Source: Chiloscyllium plagiosum
Lineage: Eukaryota
Direction of reading: 5' to 3'
NCBI RefSeq assembly: GCF_004010195.1
Contig: NC_057711.1
Span: forward strand, 72,144,845 to 72,208,844
DNA length: 64,000 nt
Shown here: in pieces, positions 1 to 13,300 of the stretch
Position numbering within the stretch: position 1 is the stretch's first letter
How the letters are laid out: the number at the start of each line of letters is the position of its first letter
Notes under the pieces: model-generated
What the model saw: the letters and a program-made list of their open reading frames with translations, nothing else
Databases searched by the model: none
Told to the model about the DNA's origin: nothing
Position numbers and translations under genes: made by a program

Positions 1-302
1 GTCACAGCTATTACTGTTGGTGTTTTCCTGAGTGAGTGAGTGTGCAGCATAAAGAGTGAGTGGTATTGCACATTGAGGTGAGTGAGGGTTAGTAGAGAAA
101 TAATTCAATCCATTAGTGAGAGTGTTGGGGCATGAGCCTCAGTTGGAGGTGAATCCAAAGCAGAGATAGTGAGGATGAGGTATTGGAGCAGTTATGGTGG
201 CAGAGTGAAGAAGGACAGTGAACTTGTTCCTATAGTGCTGGACATTCCTTCAGGCATTTAACCTGGATGGTAATCTTGGAGCAGACTGGAATGATCTAGT
301 AG

Positions 303-433
303 GAGAAAATGAGGACTGTAGATGCTGGAGATCAGAGTTGAGAGTGTGTTGCTGGAAAAGCACAGCCGGTTAGGCAGTATCCAAGGATCAGGAGAATCAA
401 CATTTAGGGCATAAGTCCTTCAACATGAAATGA
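303..433 (-). mobile_element. Penelope-like element terminal remnant with a degenerate hammerhead core
   Basis: gagaaaatgaggactgtagatgctggagatcagag...gctggaaaagcacagc...ggagaatcaacatttagggcataagtccttcaacatg. The minus strand reads ATGTTGA-aggac-ttat-gccc-TAAA, a decayed CTGATGA...GAAA. Confidence 0.7.
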
Positions 434-1001
434 TCTGGTGTCATGGCCTCCACTGGTGGTCCTGGGGCAAGAAGAGGCCCCATTTGTGCAGCGCACATCC
501 ACTACGAGTTTCAGGACCATGCTTGCAAAAGAGGTGGAGGGCCTAATTTAATTACCCTTGTGTGTCATGTCAGGGGTAAATGTCAGGAACTCCCAGTTGG
601 CAGGGTTTATCCCATGCGCAATGACCTTATAAGTATTGTGTGTCGGTACCAGGGATGCCACTGAATGGAGGGTTGTGGGAACAGCGTACGTTAGATGTGA
701 TGGAAATCGGACATGATACTCACATAAATGGCAAGAAAACTCAATCACCCTTACAGCAAGAATCAATCCACCAAACCCAACACGACTAGTGGTTTGCCAA
801 AAAAATTGTAAGCTTCAGCCCTATGACTATGGAGTCTGAAATGTGAATCGAGCTTTCGTCCCCTTCAGCCATTCATTTCCATCAAGTCACATACATCATC
901 TTTATTTATTTCACAAACCTTCATTGATCTTTGCCATGGAAATTTTGTTTAATCAAACATTACCGATGCTAAACTCGAAATAGAGCGTAATATCACAGAG
1001 C

Positions 1002-1140
1002 AAATAATGCTGCAAAGGTTGCCATCTGTGGAGAGAACAGCCAAATTAATATTTCAGGTGGGGACTCTTCATCAGAATGCTGACTTTTTTTCCGCCAGTG
1101 CTGTCTGACTGACTGGATTGTTTCCTACATCTTCTATTCC
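1002..1140 (-). mobile_element. Penelope-like remnant with hammerhead core (1052-1075) and a partly inverted flank
   Basis: The minus strand reads CTGATGA-agagtccccacct-GAAA-tatt, followed by ctgttctctccacagatgg. The right flank resembles the same motif in the opposite orientation. Confidence 0.55.
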
Positions 1141-4100
1141 TGTTTAAAATTAAATTCTGTTGATTGTTAAAATGTTCAAGCCTGGTGTTTTATGTGGTTA
1201 TTGAAATCATCTACAATAATCAACATTCATTAGGAGAAATCTGCTGCTGGTTGGTGTGTGAGTACTTCATTGCAATGTCTCCACGCCCCCATCCCCCAAA
1301 GAAATTAGTTTTTTGGCTGCAGACTCTGAGCAATGGATAGCAATCACTGTTCTTTGTTCGAGGTCTTTTTATTGAGGCTAATGACTGGTCTTGTGCCGCT
1401 CCAAGATAAATGACACTATCTCTGAGTGGGCTGACAGGAAACAGACATGTTAATAGTGAAGCTGCAGGGAGGATCTTCCCCGTTCCTTGCAAAAGAAAAG
1501 GCAGGACCTCTAGTTGTGATCATTAGCGCATAATGCATTCCTGCTTTTCCCATGTGGGTCAAGGTAATTAGAAGCATAATGGTGTGTTTTCATATGGATG
1601 TCAAATCACAGCAATGACATTCTTAATTTCAATTTATCCTGAATCATTTTAGGAAAGATTTTTTTTCTCTGTGGTGGTCTACATCTCTTTGAAAAAGAAA
1701 ATATTTCAGGTCATTTTGTTCTCTACAGCTTGATGTGTTTTTCAAAAAGCAAAAATAATATTGTTAAGATAACACCCACTTTGGCGCAATGACTACTATT
1801 TGTATCACACATATATATGGGCTGGAAAGATTTGGACTTTGCAGTTTTTAAAAATAAACATATTCTGATTTTTTTTCAGGGTATCTGATATGTGTAGATC
1901 TCATTGTATAAACAATGAGAAATTAGAGTTTTGTGTTTTTCTCATATGTTTTCACTCTCAGTGGAATCTGTTACTTGTCAGTAGCAGAAGATGACCCTGA
2001 TTGTAGAGTTTTAGTTGAACACAGGATCTAAAATGAAGTAGCATGGAAGTGAGATAGGAAATCCATCTGTGTAATCAAATCTTGCAGCCAGCTAAGCATA
2101 AAGCTCGTCCTTGAGCTTAGATAAACCCTGACAAACACAAACTCTCCAATCCTTATTGAAAGCCATAGGCTGAAAGTATCTGTATGTACAGAGATTGACT
2201 CCACAAGTAAAATAAAATCTGTCAAGTTTTCAAGTACAACAGTGGTAATCTATTAAAATGTCAAATCCAACTTTCACTATCATTTTAAGTTAACATAATA
2301 CATGATTTACGGTATAGCATTTTGTCACATGGACAATCTCTGTGTTTCCCAAAAAAGTGATGGAATTGTTTGAGGTTGTTCAAAATGTATACTGTGGTAG
2401 GTTGTACATTTTCTTTCTCTTCCTTTCTTCCACACTGCAGCTCCGTATGGAGAATGAAAAAGCAGAATGAAACTCTGTGCATGTGTGCTTTTGACCAGCT
2501 GAAAGTCATATATCCTACTTTTTGAAAGGAAACTCAATTTACGCATTGTGAAAAATGTGCCCGAAAAGCTTATTCAGCAGGTTAAATAGCTGCTTGAACC
2601 AGGATTTTAATTCAGCAGCTTGGAACATTAACTGGGGCGAGATCTTCAAATTGGATAACCTTTGTTAGTGAAGAACAGAAGATCAGGCCAAGTGATAATT
2701 TGCCACTAAAGGGTATTAAAGTAGAAGGACAGCAGTAATAACCAAAGGCTGCTTTGTGTCCATGATGGTTTTTAGTGCAGTGTGTCTGTTGCTTTTTTCC
2801 CTTTAATCCAAACTAAATGGTCTTGGCAAGTTGAACAAAGCCTTTGCATTTGAATGAAAGGTTGTAAAACTATTCAGACATTAATGCATGGATTAAATGT
2901 GGATTGGCTGACAATAGGGCTGTTTGTATCATTTTTTGGGAGCTAAAAGCAGATTCGTGAGGGGAGGGGTGATGCATTTCTCTGGGGTCACATGTCAGAA
3001 TTGCTGTTCCATTAGTAGGTTTAGCAGGGGATGTGAATTGTATCTGTTCAAGGTTTTAACTAAATTGTTCAATTTTTCTAACATTGGGCAATGTTTAAAT
3101 GTTAATTTAGAAAGGAACCTTTATTTTACCACACAAAAGGTTTAATAGAAATAATAAAACATATAAAAATCTGTAGTTTAGATTACTGGAAAACAGATTG
3201 TAGAATACACTCTAGATAGATATTTTGCCATTGTTTACTGTTTCATATGAAGTTAAATGAGCTCTGTTGCTGTTTAACTTTTTAAAAGTTGCTTTGTTAA
3301 AGACCAGAATGGTTAGTGGTCCCTTGACAAATGGAGAGATTGAGACTATTATACTCTGTGTTTCGAAGTTGAGCTTCACTGCAGTTAGAAATACAGTCAA
3401 GAACTCAGCATTTGCGTTTAATTTAGAGAGGATGTTTCATGTAAAAAAATGGATCTAGGTGTTTCCTCTTCAATTTCTCACATTTCCAGTTCATATTTTA
3501 CACTTTATTAAATAAATGAGAGACAATTAAGCCATTTGATGTGAAACCTTTTTCCAACTGTTTAAACGGATGTTGAACAAGAAGTATGTTTTCAATGAGT
3601 AAGAGGCTGAAAAATCCCATTCCTGACTGTACAAGGACATGCTTCCTCAAAGACACTGGGTAAGCATCTTAATAAATTTGTTTTTTTTTGCCCTCTCAAA
3701 TTTGACCCTAATAGAACCAGATGGCTTTGTACTGGTTTAGCTTTATCAAAGGATGTATTTAATTTTTTTCAACTTTCTCCTGAAGTTTTCGCATGCGGTG
3801 CATTTAGCATTGAATATTGTCTAAATGGATTTGCATTGACAGGTGAAGCATTTCATCAAATTTTTATGCAGGCCTCTACTATACCCTAAATAGAAAAGCA
3901 GAGGCTAGGGAGAAATAATATGCAGTATTTAAGTCTCCTGTATATTTCTTTGTCATTATTAATTGTTACTGTCCAGACATGACACCCAAACCCGATGGGA
4001 TATTTTATCTAAATCTACAGCTTTCTAGTAATGTTTCCCAGTACTCAGAAGTCAAGCTTGACTGGAATCTGTTTTCTCATTATTTCAATCTGAGTTTCTA

Positions 4101-6104
4101 AAAAGTTGACCCTACTCTCCTTGCCCATTCTGCATCCTGCTGTTTGGCTAGTTGTCTGAATTTACATTTGCTGTCGAAATTCTAAACCAGCCTTTCCCAT
4201 GATGCTGTAGCAGATGCCAGACAGCGGAATATAAAGCAAGCAGCTGTTTCCATTACACCATCGCTATATTATCCTATACAATCTGTTTCCTCTGTAAGAA
4301 CTCTCCTTGCTGACATTAGCATTCTCTGCAAGCTCTTTCAGTCTTTGTATCTTGGAGAATGCCTGTGTACTTTTAATTCTGGCGGCAACCCTTATTAGAT
4401 TAATTTTCTTCATACATTCATTGTGAATAAATAAATCTGGTCTCCTTTCCTTACTTGCAACGTTGATTCTTTCTTTGTCTTGCACGCGTTGATTTTGGAC
4501 AATCTTGCCTTTGTAAGGCAATGTCAAAAGGGCTTCAAAAGACCCATCCCTCTCTTCCATTTTCATCTTCAGCCTTGATCTTTCACTGCCCAATCTCCTG
4601 TTGTAAAATAATATATTACTAATGCACAAAGGGAGCTGTTCAACTTCCTGGTGAATAAAGTTACGGCGTACCATTGTTGCAAAGGATTAGTTGCAAAGAA
4701 TTCGAATGTCAGGAGACAATTTCAATGTTAGCACGGAAGTCCTTTACTAAAGAAATGAATTGTTCTGGATAATATTTTGCTCTATTCAGAAGGCCTATAT
4801 CCAGCTTTGATTTAGGAAGCAACACAGTTGTACAAACTGAATAAGGAAAATGAAGAATCGGAAATAATTGTAGACAAACTAGTGTGAAACAATAGTACAG
4901 AGACACCTGATAGACTAGGAAAGGTGGAATGGCTATTACTGCGGTTGCACAAACATTTGTGAAATTAGTGGTTTTGTTTTGAAAATTGAAAATCAGCCAA
5001 TGAGTGTGCATGCAGCAATTTCTTTGTGGACTTAAGTATTTCTCACTTCTCTCTGTAACAATTCTGTTTCCACCTTAATTCTTGGAAATTAAGCTTTAAA
5101 GATCAGGATTCTTAACATTAAATAGAATCTTGTCAAAAGGTAGAAGGGAACTTGGTACGTAGCAAAAATAGTTAACTCTAGAAGGCATACATGCAGATGA
5201 ACATTGTAATTAGGCAGTTTCAGTTGTAAAATGTTGGTTGCGTTTAAAAGCCAAGGGAGACCTGTATTGATAAATTTAAAGCTAACAGTGTTCCAAAGAT
5301 GAGATCGTATTCTTAAAATTAGAGGTTAGCTAGTGAAAGATTACTTTGTTTTATCAGGAGGTAAATGGATGGCATATTTCATTTTACTAAAATACCGAAA
5401 GCAAAATAAACTGAGTTATTATTATTCTGTAATGGGAGAAGTCATGTGTGATTAGTGTAACATTTTTAATTCCAGTCCCTGGGCACTTAAATTGCCTCTG
5501 GCTTTTTAAAGCTGTCAGATTTTTGCTTCCCACTGCCATTTTCTTTACTGTCATTGGCTTTGCTGTTTACAGCTTCTGCCGAAGACATTCATAAATTATG
5601 AGCAGTGCAAACATTCAAGGGTCCAGGGCAGCACAATGTATATTGAACCTCAGGGGTGTTCCCTTGGATCAATAAATGTGGTGTACAAGATTATCACAAC
5701 ACTGAAGTTTATTTTAATTTTTGCTCTTAGTACAATGCTTGCAGCACTGATACAATGACCATATCAATGAATTGGGATGTGCATTAGTTAGGGAGAAAGG
5801 TCCTGAGCATGGATTCAAAGCATGGCCCCCAATACTAGGGCAAATGGAGGTGATGGGGACATATGTGGAGAATGTAAATGAACAGAGAATTTAGAGGGAG
5901 TTTTGCTGAAGAAGGATATAGAGCTGGCTGGGTTGGGGTGGACGCAATGGTGTGGTTGAAATGCAAAGTTGCTCATCTTTAATTTGATGCCTTAGATTGA
6001 TTATAGAACTGCAAGAATAGGGGTTTTTGCATGAATTGGGCTTAGTTATGAGCAGCAACAGTTTGGATTAGTAAAGCATATGGAGGATCAGAGATCAATC
6101 AGAA

Positions 6105-6203
6105 TAAGACTCTGATGAAGAGTCATCTACACTTGAAATGTTAGCTTGCTCTCTCTCTCCATATATGCTGCTTGACCTGCTGTGGGTTTTTTTTGTTTCC
6201 AGT
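6105..6203 (+). mobile_element. Penelope-like remnant with hammerhead core (6112-6142)
   Basis: CTGATGA-a-GAGT-catctac-ACTT-GAAA-tgtt, followed by agcttgctctctctctccatatatgctgcttgacctgctg. Confidence 0.65.
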
Positions 6204-9200
6204 ACCAATCAGAATAATACTGGAATGGTCATGTCTGAAGGTTGCAGGGATACAGAGCTGAACATTAAACAGCCTTACTGGGTGTAATTTCAAGGAGGGT
6301 GGGTTTGCATGTAAAATAGGGCGGGTGCACCAAGCCACTACATTCCTGCCCATCCCTCAAAATGGAAGATGGTCAGGTGCTGGAATGAGCAGCTCACCCA
6401 CCATATGTAAGTGAGTAATGAAGGGGAAATCGAACTTGTTAAAAGACAGGAGTAGGCAGCCCATTTTTAAACATCACAAAGGCAGAAAGGAAGTGGGTCA
6501 TCACACTCGGGGAGGAGACAGGAAAACTGTGTGCATCAGGGTCACTCTACTAAGATACCACCCTGCTCTTCATTCCAGTCTGCCAGCCTGACAGAACATG
6601 GCACCTACTTGCCATGACCTGTCCTTCCCTGGAGTCTAGAAATGCCTACCACTGTAAACCATGGTAGGCATGCTCCTCTTCCTACAATCCTGGCAGTGTC
6701 TGTTATTGAGCTCTGGTACTACCAGGAGTGATGGAGTGATAGGGTGCCAGCTGCCAAGAGTGAGACTCCTCCCACCATCTCCCACTCCCAAGCGAGAGGT
6801 GCATGTCCTTCAGTTAGCCAGTTCAGCCTGGCCACCATGGGTTATGGCTGCGAAGGAAACCAATGTTTGTTCCAGGGGCCAAGCATTCCCCCCCCCACCC
6901 TCCCCCCAATGAATTTGTGTCACTTGTTGTCAGTTTCAGTGGTAGATGGGCTGAGATGGGGCAGAGGTGAGTCATGACTTGGGGGTTAAATGAGGCATTC
7001 TTGATGATGGTGAGATTGGGTGTTTGGTTCAAGATCAGATAGAATTTCAGGTTGATCCCACATCTGCAGAGATGTCATCAAAGTAGGGAGAGGGTGGCGA
7101 TTTCAGAGATAGATTTTTGATGCAAATCTGGACGTGGACAGGCCAAATAAACTCATCATTTCGAAGTGTAAAATAATTAAAGGCAGGATACTTATGTAAA
7201 TGCTTGTACTGCAGGTATAATTCTTACGTTGTACGCATATACCTAAAGCTTAAATTTATGTTTTAAATATGCAGCAACATCGAGATTTCACTTTGCTAAT
7301 AAATAATCTAGGAGCAAAACCTGCTGTTGATAATGGATGGTAAACCCGCATATTAGTTAACTAACAGGCTAGAACATTTGTACTGATAAAAAATAGATAT
7401 TTAATAAGATGGGTGCCTCAGAATTTTATTGTCAGTGAAATGATCGTCTTTGTCAAAAAGGTGTTTGGAAGGCAAAGGGTTAAGTAATCAAGACAATCAC
7501 AGTCATTACTCTGTCAGCTTGATGATGCTGTCCTTATCATATACAGTCATATGAAGCTGAAATTTGCTTTATTGCCTTTTTAACCACACTAAATTATAAC
7601 AGAGCCAATGAGCTTGCAGTTGGATGAGGGCCAACTGAAGAGAAGTGTATGAATGGCTTAATTGTAGAGCAAGATCATTTGTTTATAGAGAGAAGGTCCA
7701 ATTTGTTAGCCAAATGTTGTTTGAAATGAGGCTGAGGAGGAGATAGAATTGGATGCAGTTGGGCTGGAAATGCAATAGCATTCCTAATTTCTGTTCAGGT
7801 GTCTCTAGTCTGTGCCTCTTCACCCCGTACTCTAGTCAAAACAGAAGACAAAATACATTCTTAATGGGTAAAGGCAATTCTTCATTGCACAGTAAGTGCT
7901 TTCAGGAGAACAAAGCGTGGGGGATGGGCAATGACAGAGTACCTTCAGAAGCTGACGAAAACTTGTCAAGCCAAGCTGCTTCTAGCTGTTGGGCACCAGT
8001 TATTGGCAAAGTGAGTTTACAAGCACAGTGGAGAGAGTAGGGCAGGTGGAGGCGGATGGAACAATTACAAAAAATTGTTCCATTAAATTAAAGTAAATCC
8101 TCGAGTTTTGATTTGAACTTTTTTTTGGAGAAAACGTTATATGCTGTAAATCTGCCATTGTTCCAGCACCCTAATTAATTAGTGACCTGTATTAATGGGT
8201 AGCTAGGATCTGAAGCGATTAATTTGCCGTGCTTGACATTTTGTGAATAGCTGTTGGACCAGGCTATGCTTATGTGGTGTGATCATTCTTTTTTTGTTGC
8301 TGGACAGTTGCTGAGGTTGGCTATGATGTATAAAAATTTGAAATGGACTGTAAATTTTGAAACCAAACGATTGTGTATCAAACGCTTAAATTTACAGTCA
8401 CATTGAATACTTGAGCCTTATGTAATTCTTTTTCATTTACTGAAGAAAGTATGGAATTCAAAGGCTTTTCAATAACTGAAATGCAGTAATGCATTTCTTG
8501 CTAGTGATAACTAACATAATTCCTTCCTGTAAGTTTTCTCCTGAATTAGTAGCGCCTCTGCAACTTTGCATTTTGTAATTGGTTGCACTTACCATGCACC
8601 ACCATAAATCAGTGGCCTAATTACCATATGCGAGCATTAATTTGTATTGTGAATCACTGCTGAGCTTTTTGCACTGCTGCACTGCTCTCTCTTTGATGCT
8701 TTTACGGTTAATTGGAATGAAATGTTTCTTTCCAGAGGTAAAACTCATCATTATTACACTGCACTGTTATTGGTGTTGCAAATGAATGTAGTATCTATCT
8801 AAGCTGCATTGAACAATTTGAATGCTACATGTGTAAACAATACTTCTTTTGACATGCCCTTCAATATTGTGTGAGGGTTTTTTAGCAGTTCTGTTTTATG
8901 TTTGCACCAAGACTATTGTCAATTCGGCAGAATGATGCCAAATTAAACTGTGCAGATGACACTTCATTGTGAGTCCTGTTTCTAATGTTAGATAGAACGG
9001 AGGAGGTCAATATGCAATGAGGTTCAGTGTTTTTTGTTCAGAAATACAAGCTCACCCATTGTTTTGTTGTTTACTCGTCGAAAGACCAGGACCAGGATTA
9101 TTGGGATGGTTTCCTGGCCCAATACCTGAACAGCTGGTCGAGGATGTATTGCTGCCAATACTGGACAACACTGGGAGTGTTAATACATGGAGATGGATGT

Positions 9201-10308
9201 TTTGCCCTTCACTACTGAGGAAGTCCCACCTCATCTGCTGCGAGCACTCAATGTCGATGGATGCCGCCGATGGAGGAGCCCTACCCCAATTCCTACCTCA
9301 CCTGGACCTGAGTAAGGTCACTTTTCAAGCTTCCCGTCTACCCCTGATCTTTTCCTGCAAATTGAGGCTAGGTTGCAAATGGCCCACGTGGTCATGAATT
9401 GCCCACTCAAGAGTCTTAGTTGGGACAAGAGTGAGAAGGCCAGGCGAAACCTTCCCCATCCCTCTGAAAAATTGTGGAGAGGCCTGAGCGAGTGCAGGAA
9501 ACTTGATTCTCACACGGGAAAGAGCCAAAATTTTTGGGTGACCATAAACAGGTTCTGACCCATTTGCCATGGCTCGTTGAATTATAGTGGTGAGAATTAT
9601 AGTGATGAGATTTTGGGTTGTACACACAGAAATTCTAAATCTACCTCAGGAATAATGCTGTTTACTTGCAACAGCTGAGAACTAGCATTTGTTCTGATGA
9701 GATATTCAAATTGATCCCAATACTTTGCTCAAATAAGGTGATTCATCCTGAAGATGATCAATTATCCTATTCTGAAAGGGCAGAGTCTCTATTGAGAGCA
9801 AAGATGTTTCCTTTTTGGTGATTTATTTGGCACAGAAGGGTCTGGGAGCTATCTGGTGGTGCATCTATGACGAGCTTCACTTTTGGGAGAAGTATTGGGG
9901 CCAAAAAGACCATTCCAGTTCAAGTTGACGCTATACTAGGGAGATGGATGGAGCCTTCAATTTGGATTTGGGAGAATAGGGGTTTTCTAATGCCAGATTT
10001 GCATCAATGGCATGGATCCTCAAGAATTATGAAACCTTGTCCCACCTCTACAAAATATACCTGTCCACCCTAAATTTTAGACAAACTTTGTTTTCTGTGT
10101 CTGGGCAGGTGGTATAGAAAAGTTGACACCATTCCCATTTACTCAAACAGCTAAAATGACTCCACGTTTCGAGAATAACTTCCTTGAAAGTTTCATTGGT
10201 TATAGCAAAGAATGATTTAGGTCTTAAAAGAATGAATTTATCTTGGTAAATCCTGTCATTTCTATCCAGAAACCTTCATTTTGAATATTTTAGTCCGCAC
10301 GGTAATTT

Positions 10309-10378
10309 GATTAGATTAGATTAGATTAAATTACTTACAGTGTGAAAACAGGCCCTTCGGCCCAACAAGTCCACATCA
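10309..10378 (-). mobile_element. HE1 SINE 3' tail fragment
   Basis: (GATTA)4 followed by cttacagtgtgaaaacaggcccttcggcccaacaagtccaca, as at the end of the 38619 copy. Confidence 0.8.
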
Positions 10379-13300
10379 GAATCTGTGGCAGATTGAGTGA
10401 AATCGCTTTCATTATAACATCTATTAAACACACTAACTGAATGTACTGTTTTGCAAACAAAAGTATGGCTCTTTAACTTATTTTTATCAACTTGCACACA
10501 CCTCCTACAACCCCACCACAAATGTCCATTGGGTGGAGCTGCATAGAATGGGAGCAATTATGTATAAAATTACTTTTGTATTTTTATTGTTCACTGTTCA
10601 CTACAAACAGACCTAGAATATTATTAAATCATCAGGAAGAGTGGGCTTGATAATTTCCTCAACTTTTGAAGCTGAAATAGGATGGCAGCATTTTCTTTAA
10701 CTAAAATTCCATTGGAAGAGTATGATTCAATTCTGAGCAATACTAATCCTCCAACTCCCCATCCCCCACCACGCCAAATAATGTACTAACTCAGCAACGA
10801 TTAAGAGCATTATTAAGAGCTATTAGTCACAAAATGGACCATGTGATTGTTGTAAGACCTGCCCTGGCAGGCTGCCACAATCAAAAATGGTTAATTGAAC
10901 ATTACACTGCACTTAAAGTTTCCTCAAGCTACAGACAATTGATGTTGAGGAATATTTAGTCAAAATTGGGAACAGACACAAAGGTGCATCTTATCATAAG
11001 TTTCAATATTTTGTTGTTCAAAGGTAGTGGTGCTATGAGAGGCCTTGTTATTGCAATACAAAGAGTAGGGGCTTATCTGTTATGTTAAAAAGATTTGCCT
11101 GCTTAGGTGCAAGAATGCTTGTGGAATCAGGAAGTTTGCAGATCTGAAGAGGAACTCCCTTTGGCCTCAGTGGATTAATAGAAGCCTTGTTTTACTGAGT
11201 TGTGCAGATTAGGAAAGTTTCAGATTTTGTTTCACTTCTGTGCTAAATTACCTGATCTCAGTGGGATAATACTTCAGGGAGAATGCTTGTTGTCACAGTT
11301 TCCCTCAGTGCTCCTCAGCCAAGGAGCAGCGATATCACCTCAGGATTCTGGTTCTGATAATAATACAATCTACCGGCGAGTGTGCACTTGTGGACAATAG
11401 GTGAGAAGCAGGTTTAACCGTGATGCCTTTCTTTTGAAATAGCCTGCTGTTGCTAAGAATCTGCAGTTGCAAATGAAGAATGAGTACTTGAGAAGCATCG
11501 AACAGAAGGTTCCATGGAGGGGAGAGAAAATTAGTGTGGGGTGTGGGATTTTCCATTTTCCGTGAACCATCTTTCAGAAGAAACACTGTTTTCTTTTTCC
11601 AGAATAAGTTATATTTAGAAGGGTTGGTTTTTAAACATGTACTTTTATCCTTTCCTCCAGTGTTGGGTGACATTTATATTAGTTCTTTTTGTGGGCATGA
11701 GTGAATCATTTGCTTTGCTGCATCTCCATAGCTTAAAGGAAACATAAAACTGGTTGGACTAATTGTGCTGAGTACAGTTGCTATGAAAGGCATTATTGTT
11801 CTGAATTAATTCCTTTCTCTGACAGAGAATATTGCTTAAAGATTTTGTGCAGAACCCGTGCTCATTTAGGAGACGGAGGAGGGAGAAAAAAATGGTTTGC
11901 ACTTACTGGCTGTGCATGCATAATGGGAAGAATTGAGCTTATTGTGTGGTGCTTGTGGCTGTAAATCCTTGTGATGAGCAGCATTTGCTTTCTCAGCTTA
12001 CCCACAACGTCTGTGACTAATTGAGTGAATGTGAAGATTGCATCCATATGTTAATTACAGATACCAGAACAATCTACTAAGCAAGGACTAAACAGCACTG
12101 CCGATCACATTTTTACCACTGTTTGAATATTTGTTTGTTAGAAGACGAATTTAACGCCTATTCATGATGAGCATACTGAATCTATACATCATTTCTCTCT
12201 ATGAAGGGACAGGGAGCCATTAAAGCTAACCTTTTAATGAAAAATTGTTTATGTTTTTCCATAATTAATTACCTGATAATGAAACTTGGTACTGCACTAT
12301 TTTGAGATGTGTATTTTTTCGAGATTGTCACCGTTAATTAGGGAGGAAAATTGTATTGTTTTCCTGTTGAAAAAGGAATTAAAAATCACACCTTAATATG
12401 TAAAATGTGAGGGCCTGTTTTTGGAAACAATTATGTAACTGCATGCTATGAAGAATAAAGCATTCGATTTTTTTCGTTCTTTTCTTCAATGCTCACCCTT
12501 TGGCTACAGTTTATGCTTTTCTGTGCTCAACATTCCAAGTCTCTTAAAATCTCTACATGTTTAATGCTGACTTACGCTATTGACCTTGTAAATCTGTTGC
12601 AATGAATTCAAATCAGGAGGTAACTGTGCGGAGCAAGTGTTGCAGTCCAGGTCATTAGAGCTGTATTAGCGATAGGGTTTAAGGGAGGGTGAAAAACTCA
12701 CAATTATTTGTCCTGCTGGGAGTTACCAATGGTATCCTAGCTGAAAGTAATAGATTTACACAAATTTTGGTGATAGTGCATTTGGTAGTTTATATTGGAC
12801 GCTGAGAGTGGGCTGAAAGAGCACTGAAGATTATAAATTTTAAAAAGCCATCTGTGTTCAAAATTATTATTCACAGCCTAAAGATGGGGCAAACATGTAA
12901 TTTAAGTCAACATTGTCTGCTTAAGACTTACAACATTCAGTTTATTCGATATTATGGATACACAACTGAGATAAAATTATCCCCCAAGTATTAAATAATA
13001 AAACTCTGGAACTGTCTGAATTTCAGGACACTCATTACAAATTCTACCTTATCAGTGCATGACATCAGTACATGAAGAATTTGCACCTTGATATGACTAC
13101 AGTTGTTTTGTCATGTTTTGAGTCAGCATCCTTAACTGCTATTATCTCAATGCATACTTCTGGTTTCTTTATGTTTTCAGAAAACTGAGCGCTGTCATGA
13201 AAAAGGAATGATAATGGGATGAAACAAAACAAATGCTTTTAAAAGTACCCAGCCTCTAAATGCTTGTTAGAATATAAGGACAATAGTAACTCCGGAGTCT

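Noticed and set aside
9694..9720. Other CTGATGA hits (9694, 17539, 39384) as hammerheads
   Set aside because: None has a stem II followed by GAAA.
12160..12183. ATGATGA...CTGA box C/D-like pair
   Set aside because: The boxes are only 5 nt apart, far too short for a snoRNA.
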